Below are positions 39,154 through 53,700 of a DNA stretch of 64,000 nt, piece by piece; within the stretch, counting starts at the first letter, position 1; the number at the start of each line of letters is the position of its first letter. Source of the stretch: Ruditapes philippinarum (taxonomy: Eukaryota); assembly GCF_026571515.1 (NCBI RefSeq), contig NW_026852739.1, positions 310,001-374,000 on the forward strand. Reading direction: 5' to 3'. Position numbers and translations under genes: made by a program. The notes under the pieces are model-generated. The model saw only the letters and a program-made list of their open reading frames with translations, was not told where the DNA came from and did not search any database.

Positions 39154-39603
39154 TACGGTGGCACAGAGGTAACATGTGTGTTTTATTTATCTCGTGCGCA
39201 CGAGATACTATGTCGTGGCCGCGAGTTACTTAGTCATGGGAGCGACATACTATGTCCTTGCCAAGAGTTAATAAGTCATGCACATGAGATAATTAAGTCG
39301 TTCCCACGACTACGTAACTCGTGGCCAAGGCATATTACCTCGTGCCACGACTTAATTATCTCGTGCCCACGACTTAGTGATTCTTGGGACGACACAGTCC
39401 CTCATGCGCACGAGACAAATAAAAAAAAACAAATATCACCCCTGTGTCACCGTAGTTATCGTCTCACAAGTCATTATTAAATCTTGTGCCTTTAACGTAT
39501 ACTAAACGCTAAAACATTTGTTACGACATCATGTTACTACATAGTAACTCCTGCACTCGAGATAAATTAAAGCACAAACACATGTACCCTCTGTGCCACC
39601 GTA
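39154..39603. mobile_element. MITE(s) with TACGGTGGCACAGAGG terminal inverted repeats; one left end and two right ends (39454, 39603)
   Basis: TIR matches; internal short palindromic sub-repeats (tcgtg..cacga). Confidence 0.7.
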
Positions 39604-41701
39604 GATAACCGGTATTGAACAAAACATCAACACCCGCGAAATTGTTTCAAATAAACTCTTTCGGCATATCATCAAAAAGAAAAAAAGAGGAAAATTCATT
39701 AAATTCTTTTTAAAAGGTTGGACAATAGCTACAATTTTACTTTTTTGTTGACACTACTATGAAAATTACAATAGCCCTATGATAATATAAACACTCTTAA
39801 AATTGGTCTTTCATTCTATATTATTATAATTATATATAGTATTGTTAGACTGTCATTATTCATTAATGCATTAAAGTTTAAAGCAAAGGGCAAAATATCG
39901 AAACAAATAAATAACCATATACAATTTGTGTATACAGTAATCAATATAAGTTTTAATTAGTGTAACGCCGTCACACAAGTGGGCACCGAATGTAATGAAC
40001 GTTTACATTATCAGTAGGGAATTATGTTGTTCATTCGACATCAAGGCTATTACATGCAAAGATATTGCTTGCGTGGGAGTTATCAACAATAAAAGTACTT
40101 GTACTCGTTACCTTAATCCTTTTTCTCACGTGTACTTGAAAACAAAATGACTAGTCAACATTCAACATGCCTTATATTTACATTTTCAAATAAAAAGAAT
40201 ATACGTGATTCCCTATCGTGAGTTTGTAATAATATAAAACATCTTTTAATTTATCAATAAGATTGATGATATTTTCTTAAACATCCCAGATCTTTTAAGG
40301 TAATGTTGTTATTTAACATAAACAGTGATAAAAGGAGAAAGTACATTTGTGATAAAACTGTTTTCTTTCATTTCATATAACTGAGAAGACTTTAACAATT
40401 TTCTTATTGAAATTCTGGGAATAAATTGTCCAAAACGATCTTGTCGCAGACAATACAAGAATCCTCTTCCGGAGTAAACAAATAACCAGGAAGAAATTTT
40501 TTTCATACATTTTTAGAAAAGTGACGTAAGTTGTAGGGAACAAAATTTCACATTTTTTAGGATGGCGGTGATGTATCCTATTTCATTATCTTTACATTTT
40601 TTTTGTAACCATAGCGATCAAGAATTCTTCGGATATATAGCATAACAGACAGACGGGGGGGGGGGGGACAAGTGGAAAATTAAAATGCCATACTTTGCCA
40701 CCAAAATTCATTATTTTGTTTTGTGGATTATAACCAAAGAAATATTAAAGCATTGTTAAAGTAACTTTGATCTAAAATTGTTGTTACCCAAAATATTCAG
40801 CAATGATCTAAATATTCTAAGGTTGTTAATTTTGTTAATTTTTGATAATTCGTTTACTTATTTACAAATTACAGTTATTTTAATTATCTTAATGCTGTGC
40901 GACATATTGCCGTGAAATCACGATTGCCTGGACATGTTAATCTCTTGGTCCGAGAAAAAAATTACAAGAGGGATAAAAGTTTCGCATGCCTTTATTTCAC
41001 TATAAAAATCTAATGTGTATTATTAACATCTTTTCTTGACATTTTGCTTGTATTATTCTCTTTTTTGTTTTGGTTGTTTGTTAAAAAATGAAACAATATG
41101 AGTACAGCCGTAAAGTGGCTGTTTTTATATAATTTGTAATTTAGTGGTCGTTCATATTGTTTTTTCACCCGATTGGTAAGGACTAACTTGAATCTCATTT
41201 CATCTTGACAAATAATAAGTTCGCCTGGTGATTTTGTTTTCAATACATTTTTTTACAATTTGAATTGCAACATTAAATATACAAGAGAAAAAGTGTTTTA
41301 AAAGTAGTCGTAATAACTTAAATATCTCCTTTTATTGACTGTATAGAGTCAAATAAATATAAAACTGATGTTACAAACAACAACAAATAAATAAATAAAT
41401 ATTTCAACAGCAGAATGAAATAATATTTCAAATGATATCGATGGATGGTAATTGATATACAAAATAGTTTACTTAGATTCCTTGATATATCATTAAACAT
41501 ATATATTTGCACACACTGAATTGCACACTGTCGTTACAAAATGAACACTCTCACAGAATAGCTATTCCACTGTTATCTTACACAGTATTCGCATTAGCAG
41601 GTCTGTATTTCGGCCTTGCAATCACTTCACTTTGATCTTTTACAACAGACCAATGACTTGGGCTTCAAGCTTATAATATCTGTAACATATTCAGCTGTCA
41701 C

Positions 41702-41778
41702 TTATTTCTTCTTTATACCTTTCACACCACCAGGTTTCAAGTTTTCGTAAATCCGGTTCTTTCTTTTACCTAGTTTTT
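41702..41778 (-). CDS. Gene C last coding exon
   Basis: EKLGKRKNRIYENLKPGGVKGIKKK*. Confidence 0.8.
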
Positions 41779-44700
41779 CTGTGAAGTAAAAAATATGAAA
41801 ATAGATGAAATTGAACAGAAATGCTTATATCCTATTTATAATCAGGTAAAGTTAGCTTGGTCAGGTATATTATCGGGGCTGTATTCCATTTTACCTTCAT
41901 CAATGATCACAGGCATGCACTTAAAAGCTCATGGACAGTTTGTATATTATGTTTTGTGTGCACCTTACACACCAGGTTTCAAGTTTGCTTGATCTTTCAT
42001 TTACTTAGTTTATATGTTAATAGAATCATGAAAATAGATAAAATGTACTGACACATCTCTTCATTCGATTCAGAATAATCTGATGGTGAAAATGATTACT
42101 TGCACTTAAAACTAAACTTTTGGTCATGTTCAAATTATCATGCATTATAAACGAATTGAATGTTGTGCAAAATCAAAGGTTAAAATCAAATCCTCACCTG
42201 CTATTTCAGTTTTGAATGCATCTGTTGTATGTGTTTTCTTTGGTAGATTTTCATACTCCACTTTACTTAAAGATTAAAACAAGAATATAAAAAGTATTTT
42301 ATAGTAGACACCAGTTCACCGATTTCTGTATTATGTTACATGTATACGCTTATTTCTTCAAATACATCCTATATTCATTTTCATCAGAGCGATTTATCAA
42401 ACATATTAAGAAAATTGCTGATAGATTTTGCCAATAATGGATAATGAACCAAAGAGTAAGTTTTTAAAATGCTACTTTAAATTAAGGAGGGTGAATGATA
42501 TTGCTCTCTTTTAACACAATGATTTCGCTATGTATATTTATGATATTGAAAAAGAAAACTTACCCATCAGCTGTCGTTTCTTTTTCAACTGAAAAGATAA
42601 TTTATAAAATTGTTATAAAGGACATGATAAAATACATGAATTAAAAGTGTTTAAGTTCCTAAGAAGTGATTAATTCCATCACTTTAAAGAATAGTATGAA
42701 ATTTCTTTTAGAAATATTTGCCGTTATGATATGCCGTAACTAAGTATTAAATGATATTTTTAGAAGTCTTATCTTAATATGATATATAAGATGTTTCATA
42801 ATGATAATATGAGCCACGCCATGACAAAACCAACATTATGGGTTTGCGACCAGCATGGATCCAGACCAGCCTGCGCATCCGCGCAGTCTGATCAGGATCC
42901 ATGCTGTTCGCTTACAAACCCTATAACAAGTAGAGAAACTGATAGCGAACAGCATCGATCCTGATCAGAATGCGCGGATGCGCAGGCTGGTCTCGATCCA
43001 TTCTGGTCGCAAACCCATTATGTTGCTTTTGTCATGGCGTGGCTTATATATCATATCAATACATTTTCTTACCTTTTATCATATCATACGCATTTGGATT
43101 TTCACTGTTATTTGAACGCTGAAGCTTTTCATACAGATTTCTAAAATTGATAGGAAAGTAAAGGTTATCTTTAACGTATTAGAATAAGAATTTCAGGATA
43201 AAATATGGCTTAATGATTTTCAGCAGGAAAGGAATTTAAGTCAGTGTGTCTTATTTTTTACAGCATCAAGTAGCATATTACGTCTTTGTTAAACGTTTGT
43301 TTGTACAGGATTTATTTAAGTTCGATAGCTTAAGACACACACTCGAATGAGTGAAAAGTTTTTTTGCTCAAGGAAACAAGGGTTCGCCCCAAACAGGGAT
43401 TAAACCCACACGGTTAGCGAACCTTAGATAACTAGTCCAATACTTTAACCATCCTAGTCCCACCAGTTAACCATCCGGCAACACCCTCACTCTTGTGGTT
43501 TCATTCTTGATAATACAACCTTTTTAGTTCTTTCCCTGACTAATAATTACATGTTGCTTTTAATATAAAAAAATGCAATATGTTTATGCCTTCTTAAAGT
43601 GCAGGAAATTAGTTACATACATTTTGTTAGCTTTGTCATTTGATTTAATCTCGGCAGCTGGAACTTTAGTCTGTTCATATATGTTGTTATCGGCATAGTT
43701 GTTCATCTCTGTTTGCTGGCATTGTTGCTGTCCTTGCTCATGGTTTTGTTTTCTTATAGCACTGATTTAAAGTATGAAAGATTTATATTATATTATCATT
43801 ATAAACTTAATCTTTACTATAATTACAGTTATACCAAAATCTTTTAAAAACAAAATCGGCTTTTCACTGATTATTATGTACATTGTAACTTATGCACTTG
43901 CATAATTTACTAAAATCGTGGAATAGTAGACATATAAGAACATGTATGGTAAGTATATAAAAAAAATTGTATTTACGCATGCTTAAACTGATATACTGAA
44001 CTAGAACTCCGCGAGTCGGATGTGTCGCCTTGTGAACAGTATTTATCATCCTATAAACTTTTATGTCCAAAGCTTTTATAGTTTAGGAGAAATGGATCAG
44101 ACAAAATAAAGTATGAACATTAACAAAGGGCAATAACTCAAGAAATAAGAAGTACAAAGTACCAGTTTTTGTGTACTGCACTTTTTCTTAATAAGATCTA
44201 TCATCATATAAAGTTTCAAGTAAAAAGCTTTTTTTGTTTATGAGAAATGGCCCGGACAAAAATAAAGTATAAAAAGTAACAAAGGGCAATAACTCCAAAA
44301 ATAAGAAGTGCAGAGTACCCGTTCTTGTGCACTGCACTTCTTCTTAATAAGATCTATCGTCTTATGAAATTTCAAGTCAATAGCTTTTATTGTTCAGCTT
44401 TTTAAGGCGACACAAAAAGGAATCCTTTGTTCTGATTCTTTTTTCCAAATCCTTAAATAAATATCATTTACATAATAATTATTAGTTTACTATAGTAGTA
44501 TTATTGTAACTTATGCACTTGCATAATCTACTAAAGATCGTGAAATAGTAGACATATACGAACATGCATGGTAGGTTTATAAAATCATTTATTGTATTGT
44601 TTTACGCATGCTTGAAGTGATATACTGAAAAGAAATTCTTCTTTTTAAATCCTTTATAAATAAATGTAATTTACATAATGAGTTTACTATAGTAATATTA

Positions 44701-47700
44701 TAGCTATCACGTGACAAATCGATTATGAATGTCAGTATAACAATGCAAAGCTATATTCATATTGCATGCTTAATTAAGAGAAACAAATTTCATTACCTTA
44801 ATATTGTTTGTAGCCGGGTCCTGATGCCGTCTGAAAAATATGTAATCAATTATATTCTATTCATATTGATTCTGTCATGTAAAGTTATAGGTATTTACAA
44901 ACCTTATGGTATTTTGACCAGTTATGAGATATTCATATATAATGTCAATTATTATATCGTTTCTGCTTACAATGATGTTGCTAGTCAAAGCAGCATTTTG
45001 TATAAAAAAGAACTGTCGGAAGGACAGCATGCCCGACTACTCTCAGAGATTGATACTTTATAAGATTATTGCTCTCTATCGAGTGTCCGATGTTGCAACC
45101 CATTATCTTCAGTAGTTTTTAAACTAACTTGCACCTAACTTATACTAAAACAAAAGTCGTCGTCGCCGGCGCTGATGTCAGGGTGAATATAATAGTTTTC
45201 CTCTTTTCCTATAAAAGTCGAGCTTAAAATGAATGATAACCATATTTGATGTTTTTTTAACGTCTGATATAAGCAAATATTTGATGAAGATGCAACTAAA
45301 ATGAAATTTACATCAACAGTCTTGCAGATGTTATGTTTAATTGACATAAGCTAATAGCAGAGTTGCAATAATTCATTTAAAACTTACACAGTGTTTTTGA
45401 TGAATCTTGATTTATTTTGTGAGACACACGTAGATTAATAAACAGTGAAATCCTTGATTGAAAATTATTTTAACAAACAAAAACAAACTGTATTTATTTG
45501 TAAGTTCATTTTGCGGTCAATGTGACACGTAAATGCTATTCCATGAAAAGCGGCACATAGTTCCCGAATAAAAGTAATGCGATAGCACTAAACAAGAAAA
45601 CAATTAACAAAACTAAATTAATAGGAATTTTGAATAGGTATCATTGCTTGTGAACTGAAAAAGCAGCGTATGGCCCCAAAATAAGACATGTTTCATAGTT
45701 ACCTTTTGTGATTGTTTTTCTGCGGAAAAGTACTACAAGAACCACTATCAGGACTATAACAACAAGTGCCGACAACGTTCCGCCTACAATTCCGCCAACA
45801 GACAAACTTCTGGAGTCAGACCCTAAAAAATAGAAAGAAGTCATTTCAAAAACGTATATACTGTATATATTTTGTCATTTTAAGGCACAGAAATTAACCA
45901 AATTTGAATGCCATAATCGTAATTAGTTGAACAGTTATTTTTTTCACGCATAGACTCACTAAGGTTGTTTAAATATGACAATGTTAAAAACTATTGTCAC
46001 CAATGTCAATACAATGACAGTAACTACACTATGATGTTAATAATTATAACAGATATTTAATTTATACGAAATTAATGATAAGAAATAATGCTGTTTAAAT
46101 TATTATTTCAAAAAATCAAGGTGAAAAGGAAGAACGGTTTTCTCGTTTTGTTATTTTGCAATATTTAAACTCACATAACATCTATAAATATATGATACCA
46201 ATACCGTAATTGTACTCTGTATGCCTTTTAGCGCTTATCTCATACTTACTTAAGATTTGATGTGTCGTGAAGTTCTGATATTGAGAGAAAGGACTATTGC
46301 CTGCTCTATTAAACGCATAGATTCGTATGAAATATGTCGTTGAATGACTGAGGTCAGTTAAGACCTTTTGCTTAAGATCTTCACTTTCATCCGTCCCGCC
46401 ATAAACTGTTTCAACATTTTCCCACTGTACCCTGTCAGTACTAAGCTGTATCAAAAAAGTCTGAGGAAATCCACCATGATATCCTTGTTGCCACAAAACA
46501 CGTGCAGTGGTTTGTTGAATGTTGTCTACGGTTATATTTTTAGAAACACCTGGTGGGCCTACAACAAATAATGTGTCATAAAGTTAGCATTCAAAATAAT
46601 AAGAAATCTAACGGCAAATTGATTCCATTTTCAACTTTGGAAGGTATGTCTGAAAATGGAAGGATATCTATGGAACTTATCTATACATCGAACGAAATGA
46701 CGTATCCGACGAATGCCTGTAAGAAAGGGACAACAATACATCAAGACATTATTTGTTTAGTATTGACAAACACTTTTCTTCATGTACCATTTATGCAATG
46801 AATTGTAAGCATTAGTATATGTAACAAATGTAATGCTGATAACGATATTTTCTGGTTGTGATTTACAAATGCCGAATACCTGATAGTGACGTCAAAAGAA
46901 TTACAATAATTCAGAAATATTTGAGTCGTGTCATGACAAAACCAGCATAATGGGTTTGCGACCAGCATGGATCCAGACCAGCCTGCTGTTCGCTTACAGA
47001 CCCTATAACAAGTGAAGAAACTGCTAGCGAACAGCATGGATCCTGATCAGACAGCTGGTCTGGATCCATGCTGGTCGCAAACGCATTACGTTGGTTTTGT
47101 CATGACACGTCTCATTTGTTTTTAATAATTCAGAAACAAACACTTAGTTACCATCAGGAACAATTTCCACTGTTTGAAAAGTAGAGTCCACTTCGTTTGA
47201 CAAAACAATATCGAAATATCCAATGTCTTTCTTAGACATAACAGTAAAAGATATAATTAATTTAACACCATTTGTCTTAACAATCTGTGTAAACACCGGC
47301 AAGTCTACAAGTACACCTCGCTTTGATAGAGAATAATTTGGTCCTGTTTGTCTTAAACCGTTTACATTTTTATAAACCTTCACGTCCGTCACACCTGCAT
47401 TCGAGTAATATTCGAGTTCGATATTAAGACGATCATTCAACTTTGCTGTTACTTTCTTGGTAAATTTAGTAACAATAGGAAATGCTGAAATATTGTAAAA
47501 TAGAATTAATATTCCGTGTATTTAAGTCAAAATCTAATATTAACTTTCATTATTGATTCAAGGCAGGTATCAATATATAAAGTATATATCAATATAAACA
47601 TGCCCTAAATTCATAAATTGGAAATTCATCAGAATATATATAAAAAAGTAAAATGAGAATTTGGAATCACATAATGCACTTTTAAAAAAAGTAGCGGTTA

Positions 47701-50700
47701 CATCCAACAACCAAGTTAATAAATGATAATAATTACAGGTCCCATTTTTCGTGGAATTTATATATTCTATATAAGTCACTTACATTTAATAAGTATTTGT
47801 GCTGATCCCTCAATAAATTCCTTATCTGTCCCAAATACTCTAATACCGTTACTGGCAGAACACGTGTAAATGCCTGAATGTTCATATGTCAAATCAGTCA
47901 GTTGGAGCGTTTTGCTTCCTGGTTTTTCTGATAAAGGCAAGCTATGCCCCGGCCATGTCTGAACCCATTTTCCGTATCTATAATTATTGCCTGGTAAACC
48001 CATAGCATTGCATGTTATAACTATATTGGTAGCTTTAATTGATGTGTTACTTCCAACCACAGTGACATCAGGTGGATCTGAAAAACGCTCGTTCATTTAG
48101 ACCTTTGCAAAAATTTACTTCACGTGTATACCTTTAACAATATTACTAATATGTAGGATTTAAATTAATAAATTTAAACAGATAAAGTTTATAAAGAATA
48201 ACACAGTTATTGTTCTATGTTACAGAATGCAATGCATTAAAAAACAAAACCACAACAACGATGCTATTTCAACCTACAGTGTACAGTAAGAAGAACTGTT
48301 TCGTCATCCGCCACTTCGACTCCATTATTTGCATTACACCTGTAAGTTGCAGCATCTTGCTTCCTTACATTGATAAGAACAAACGGTAATTTGTTATTGC
48401 CAATTGCTCCAGAGCCTTGGTTTACTGGTGTTTGTTGTCCCTGTTTGTACCATTTAAATGTAGACGCCGGTTTACTTGAAGCGACACACATAAGCTCACT
48501 ATTGTTACCTTCGACGACAACTACATTTGACATCTGCTCAATAATTGGACGATCTACAAAAATCACGTTTATATCATGTAGTAACGTACTTTTCTTAAAT
48601 AAACTCTTTTTTTTTTAACTTTTTACTAACTTGCACCAAACAACAAAAAATTTAAATTGTGTACATAATTGCTGAAATCTGATAAAAAACTTGTAAGATA
48701 AAGTTTAGGAGGGATACGGATTTGCAACAACTATTAAAAAGTAACTTACACTGTATTGCATGATACCATGATCGAGTAGTTCTATCATGAACATTTGTCA
48801 CAATATCTCTTCGTAAATTGTAAGACATTTTCATAATGAACAAAATAAAATGGTCGTTGAATTTATGTCAGTGTCGGAACAGTGACAACAAGGGTTATAA
48901 AAGACAAATAGTACGTTGAATTATTGAACATTTAAGATAACGATGATACAATTAGTAACAAATATATTACAACTTAAAGCTTTGATAGAGTAACTTACAT
49001 CTTAGATCCAATGTTTCTTTAATTCTTTCAGATGTTCCTAGGATATTTTGAGCTTCACAAGAAACTATGTCTCCATCATTGTCGCGTGTTGGAGTCAGTA
49101 TTAATCTCTGTCGACGTTTTATACCACCATATTCTCCACTTAGATTGAACAAATCTTGTGTTGCCTTTGAAATAACATTGTTTATTGTCCATGTGATGTC
49201 AGATATTGGATTAGAACTTCCCGACGTGCAGTCTAATGTTAAAGCTGTTATTCCATTAGCAATAATGTTGTTGTTTCCAGTTATGGTAGTTGTAAGGGGT
49301 TTAACTAAGATGAAAAACAAATTCTGAATTATCGTGCCAAATAAATATATACATGTACTATAAAAACAACAAACTAAATACAAAATGTATATGCATAATG
49401 CAAGAACGGCACATTTTCGATAGTTTTGAAAAGGTACTTTCGAATAGCTAATAATACACATTTTTAAATTTTATTCTTTTTCAAAACTGATAAAAATATC
49501 ATAATAGGTCATGAAATGAAGAATAGATATTGTCTGAAAAACGAAGTTATCGGCTGATACAAAATACTATATACATACTATTGTCTTGCATTATCATGAA
49601 AGGCAAATCAGTATATTGAAAGACAATTTCTTTTAGTCTGAGAACATTTTGTGTTGTACATAACAAAAACAATTCAGATTTAGATGTCATAAAGGTGAAA
49701 ATGACAAATTGCTTTATCTTTGCAAATAAATAAATAAATAAAATAATTATTTAATAATAAATGGTTTCAATACTGTTTAAATTGTTTAAACATTTATGTA
49801 CCGAAACAAATACCATTTTGAAACCAATTAAAGTATCTCATTTCATGTTCATTCAACTTAATCTTAAATCACATGTAATTTAAATACTTACATTGTATAC
49901 TGAGTTTGGCGGAATCTTTGACTGGTGTTTCCAAATTTTCAGTATTGTAAACTGAGCACGATATCTCATTGCCGTTCATGTATCGTGTCGGATATAAAAC
50001 AAGAATCTGTGATCTTACTACACCGTTGTTTTCGCCAGACATTCTATGTATCGTTGACCATTTTCTAGTTCAATGAGCCATTGAACCATTTTATATCGGA
50101 TGCAGGATTTGATGATCCAGTTGTACAGTTCAATGTCAGTGACGATTGTCCTGGTTCATTTGCAACTTCATTGCCAGTTATCTTAGTGGAAGCGGGCTTT
50201 ACAGGAACTACAAAAACGGACAATACTAAAGTACTTAAATACGAAATGAATTTGTATTTTACAAAATGATAATGATGATTGAATTCTTTATCTACTGTGC
50301 CGCTAGAGACAAAAATTGCTTTATACGTTTGACTGAATCAACTTATATTAATTTATCATCGTTTTAAACAGAATAATAATATCAGTATTGAGGTGACATA
50401 TTGTAATATATTTGTTGAGAGCGTTCGCATGACAACTTGATTGTTTCCGATAGCAGAAAATTCAAAATATGAGTTTCTTGATCTAATAATAAAAAGTACT
50501 AGCTCTGTAAGTTTAATAAACGAAAAATGACAAATTTCACTTAATATTTACTAGATTTTATCTAATTCCGTTTTGGTATGTGTTATTTATTTATTATTGC
50601 ATTAAATGTAATTTCACCGCAGTGTATAATCCTTATTACTGTATGTTTGCAAACCAAATTGAATTTTTGCAGATAGCTTTGGAATTGAATCGAGGAGTTA

Positions 50701-53700
50701 GGTTTGCTGTTTAAAAACGAATTTTCACCTTTGAACTTAACAGAAGAAAATTTACAAAATCGGATGAATTTTCTTTTCCATATTTTTTTCTTCGGTTATG
50801 ATAAGTCCAAATTAACGTATAAAGATAATCAACTTACACAAAATTTTAAGATCGACAGATGCATTGGACTGCATCTGGTTTACCAGTAATGGATGCGATA
50901 CAATGCATAGAACACTTCGTCCGTTATCATCGGCTACTGCTTGCATTTCCAAAATAGATGTTACGGTATACGTCTTTGTTATATTATCAAGAACTGAAAC
51001 CTGTCGTCCAAGCAAGCTTTCGTTTTTGTACACCCATCTTAAATTTGCCGCAGGTTTACTGACTGTAGAGGTGCAATTAACCTCCACTCTATTTCCAGCT
51101 GATGCAACAGATATTTGCTCAATTGTTAGCCGACTAGGTCTAACTGAAGACAACAAGATTTACGAAAAAACTTATAGATGGCAATCTACCGTTTAATAAG
51201 CGTTAAAGTGACATACGTTTTATATTTATAAATACAATGTAATGTACGATCAATAAACTAAAACATTTATTGTCTTTAATACGGATGCGCATGCAAACTG
51301 CTATTTAAATTTACCCAGTGGGTTGCCCCTTTTACGCTTTGGAAAACCACTACTAATAAAAGCATCAACAAAAATCACGGGCAAGTTTTACATAATCTCA
51401 AACAAATAAATATACCAGTATAACGCTACTTGCGCAGTTGTTAGAAGAGATTTGTAGCTGTTATCGAAACCTTTTTTGTGCTATTTATAAACTTGTTGTC
51501 ACTGTTTGAAACAAACTTTATGCCACGTTTTTTTTTGTTTTTATTGACGCCGGGCTTTGTAACACTGCATTTTAAGGTCCAACCATAAGTTGCTAGCTTA
51601 AATAATGTTGTAATTAGTATTGGTATTGAGTATTTGTTGTCAATGTTGAAGCAGCTACTCATCTACAATTTTATCATTATATTTTTACTTCAACTGAATT
51701 GGAGGAATTTAAAATAATTTAATTAAACAAAAATGGCAGAATTAGGTTGAACTTCAACTTATTTAATAGTACTGCAAGTACATGATCATAAGTTTGCTCG
51801 ATGACTGTTCCTCCAAGGATGGTTCAACCATGTTTCCCAACAAGATTTTGTAGATAGATATCTTCACAAATTTGACGGGATATGGAAGAAATTAATAGTT
51901 TGGATAATAAATTAAAACGAAGCAATTCGAGATCAATAATATGTTCTAAATGTTATAGAAACACTCTAATAGTGTATATATACTAATGAAAAAACAACAA
52001 AAAATACAAACTACAACAACACACGCACACACACAAATCACCCAAAGAAAACAATACTTGGTAAATGCAACAGAACATGCAAACACTTGTTATCTATATG
52101 ATTCATGTGTTCAATTAATCAATTAAAACATATTTACCTCTCACAGTCAGAGATGTCTCACTACCATTACATACATATCGTCCTTCATCAGCAACAGATA
52201 CATTTCTCATGACAAGACCTTTCAAATCACTGGCCCACCCAAGTCTATTTCTCTTCTGAATCGGAATCTGAATATTATTGAAAACATTGTTCCCAGCACT
52301 ATTGTACTGTATATTCTGGCCATTTACCATCTCTGGTCCATACCATGACGGGTAAACTGAATTGGATGTACACGGAATAGTCGCAATATCGCCGAATGTG
52401 ACATTTAGCTGCCCCAAACAAATGCTTGTTTGATGTAAAGCTGAAATTAAAGCAGAGTAAAATCAAATAGGTAATATAAGAAATAACAATAATTGGCAGT
52501 AGATAAACAAGACATTATTATATTTATGTTATATTAGAAACTTCATAAGTTATACATACACTCACAATTACAAAATTGTTTGAAATGTTAGAAATTATAA
52601 GATATGTGTTTTATTAATTTAAAGAATATTACCAACATAAATAATATAAAGATATTCTCTAAACGCATAAATGAGTAGATACAATATACATGTACAAACT
52701 ATTGTAGCAAAATAAAATAATAGATTTTGTTGATGTAATATGACAAGAAGGCCCTTAAATTACGGAAACTAATTTATGATGCAAGCAAAAAACTGTAAAG
52801 TATATATATTTCCCATGTGACTATTTATAAAAATCTGACATGATCTTACTAAATGAATACATAAGTGTTTAAGGAATAAATAAATTCTACCAATCATATA
52901 AACGTACAAAGGTCGTAAATGACTTTTAATCTTCAGTTAATAATGAAACATACTAGTTATGTTAATAACAGGATTCGTTAGGTTTGAAGCTATGATTTTA
53001 ACGAAAATGCCTTTTAATCAGGAAGTTTGAATATTTTAACACAGCTCATTTATCACATGAGTTATTGGAAGTTAAATTATGAGAGTTTACAGTTAGAGTC
53101 AAGTTTCACATCACTTTAAACAACATTAGAAGGAAGTTAATATCGGTTTAAGATCGAAACGCATGCTGGCATTTATGTTTTTGCCATTTATTACATCCTG
53201 TAAGGGGATAACCTATTCACTAAAATGTAAATAATTTTTTATGATAAATTTACATGTAAGCCGGAAGATATTGTTTATTCAACGTTTATTACGAACACTC
53301 AAATTGTCAAATGTATTAATGTCACACGTATGTAGTAGTAAACCTTTTCAAGCTCCAAATAATCTTAATCCAACTTTGAGGAATGTTTCTTTACCGTGAT
53401 AGGATGAATTACAAATACACCAGACAAATATTTGAACATCTTTGATCAAATGAAAGCAAAATTGATCTCTTGATTGTAAAAGCCTCCTTTAGCCCAATAA
53501 AACTTTAAAGATATATTATGCTTAAATGTTATATTTTTAAATATTGATAATTTCTTCACAGTCTCTTTGTAAATATAGAATGACTAGGCACAAAGTAGAT
53601 ATCTTATGTTTTAAACACTACACACTATAGGTGGACACAATAAGAATATATTGTGTCATTAAAAAAACTGACAGCTTTTATTAAGAACATGAAGAAAGGA

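Noticed and set aside
48749-48843. Short ORF with GTAAGT donor between Ig exons of gene C
   Set aside because: No clear acceptor or Ig signature, no paralog
53395-53439. Alternative first exon for gene C (MFKYLSGVFVIHPIT)
   Set aside because: Ends in phase 0, incompatible with the phase-1 V1 exon; 56166-56211 fits better
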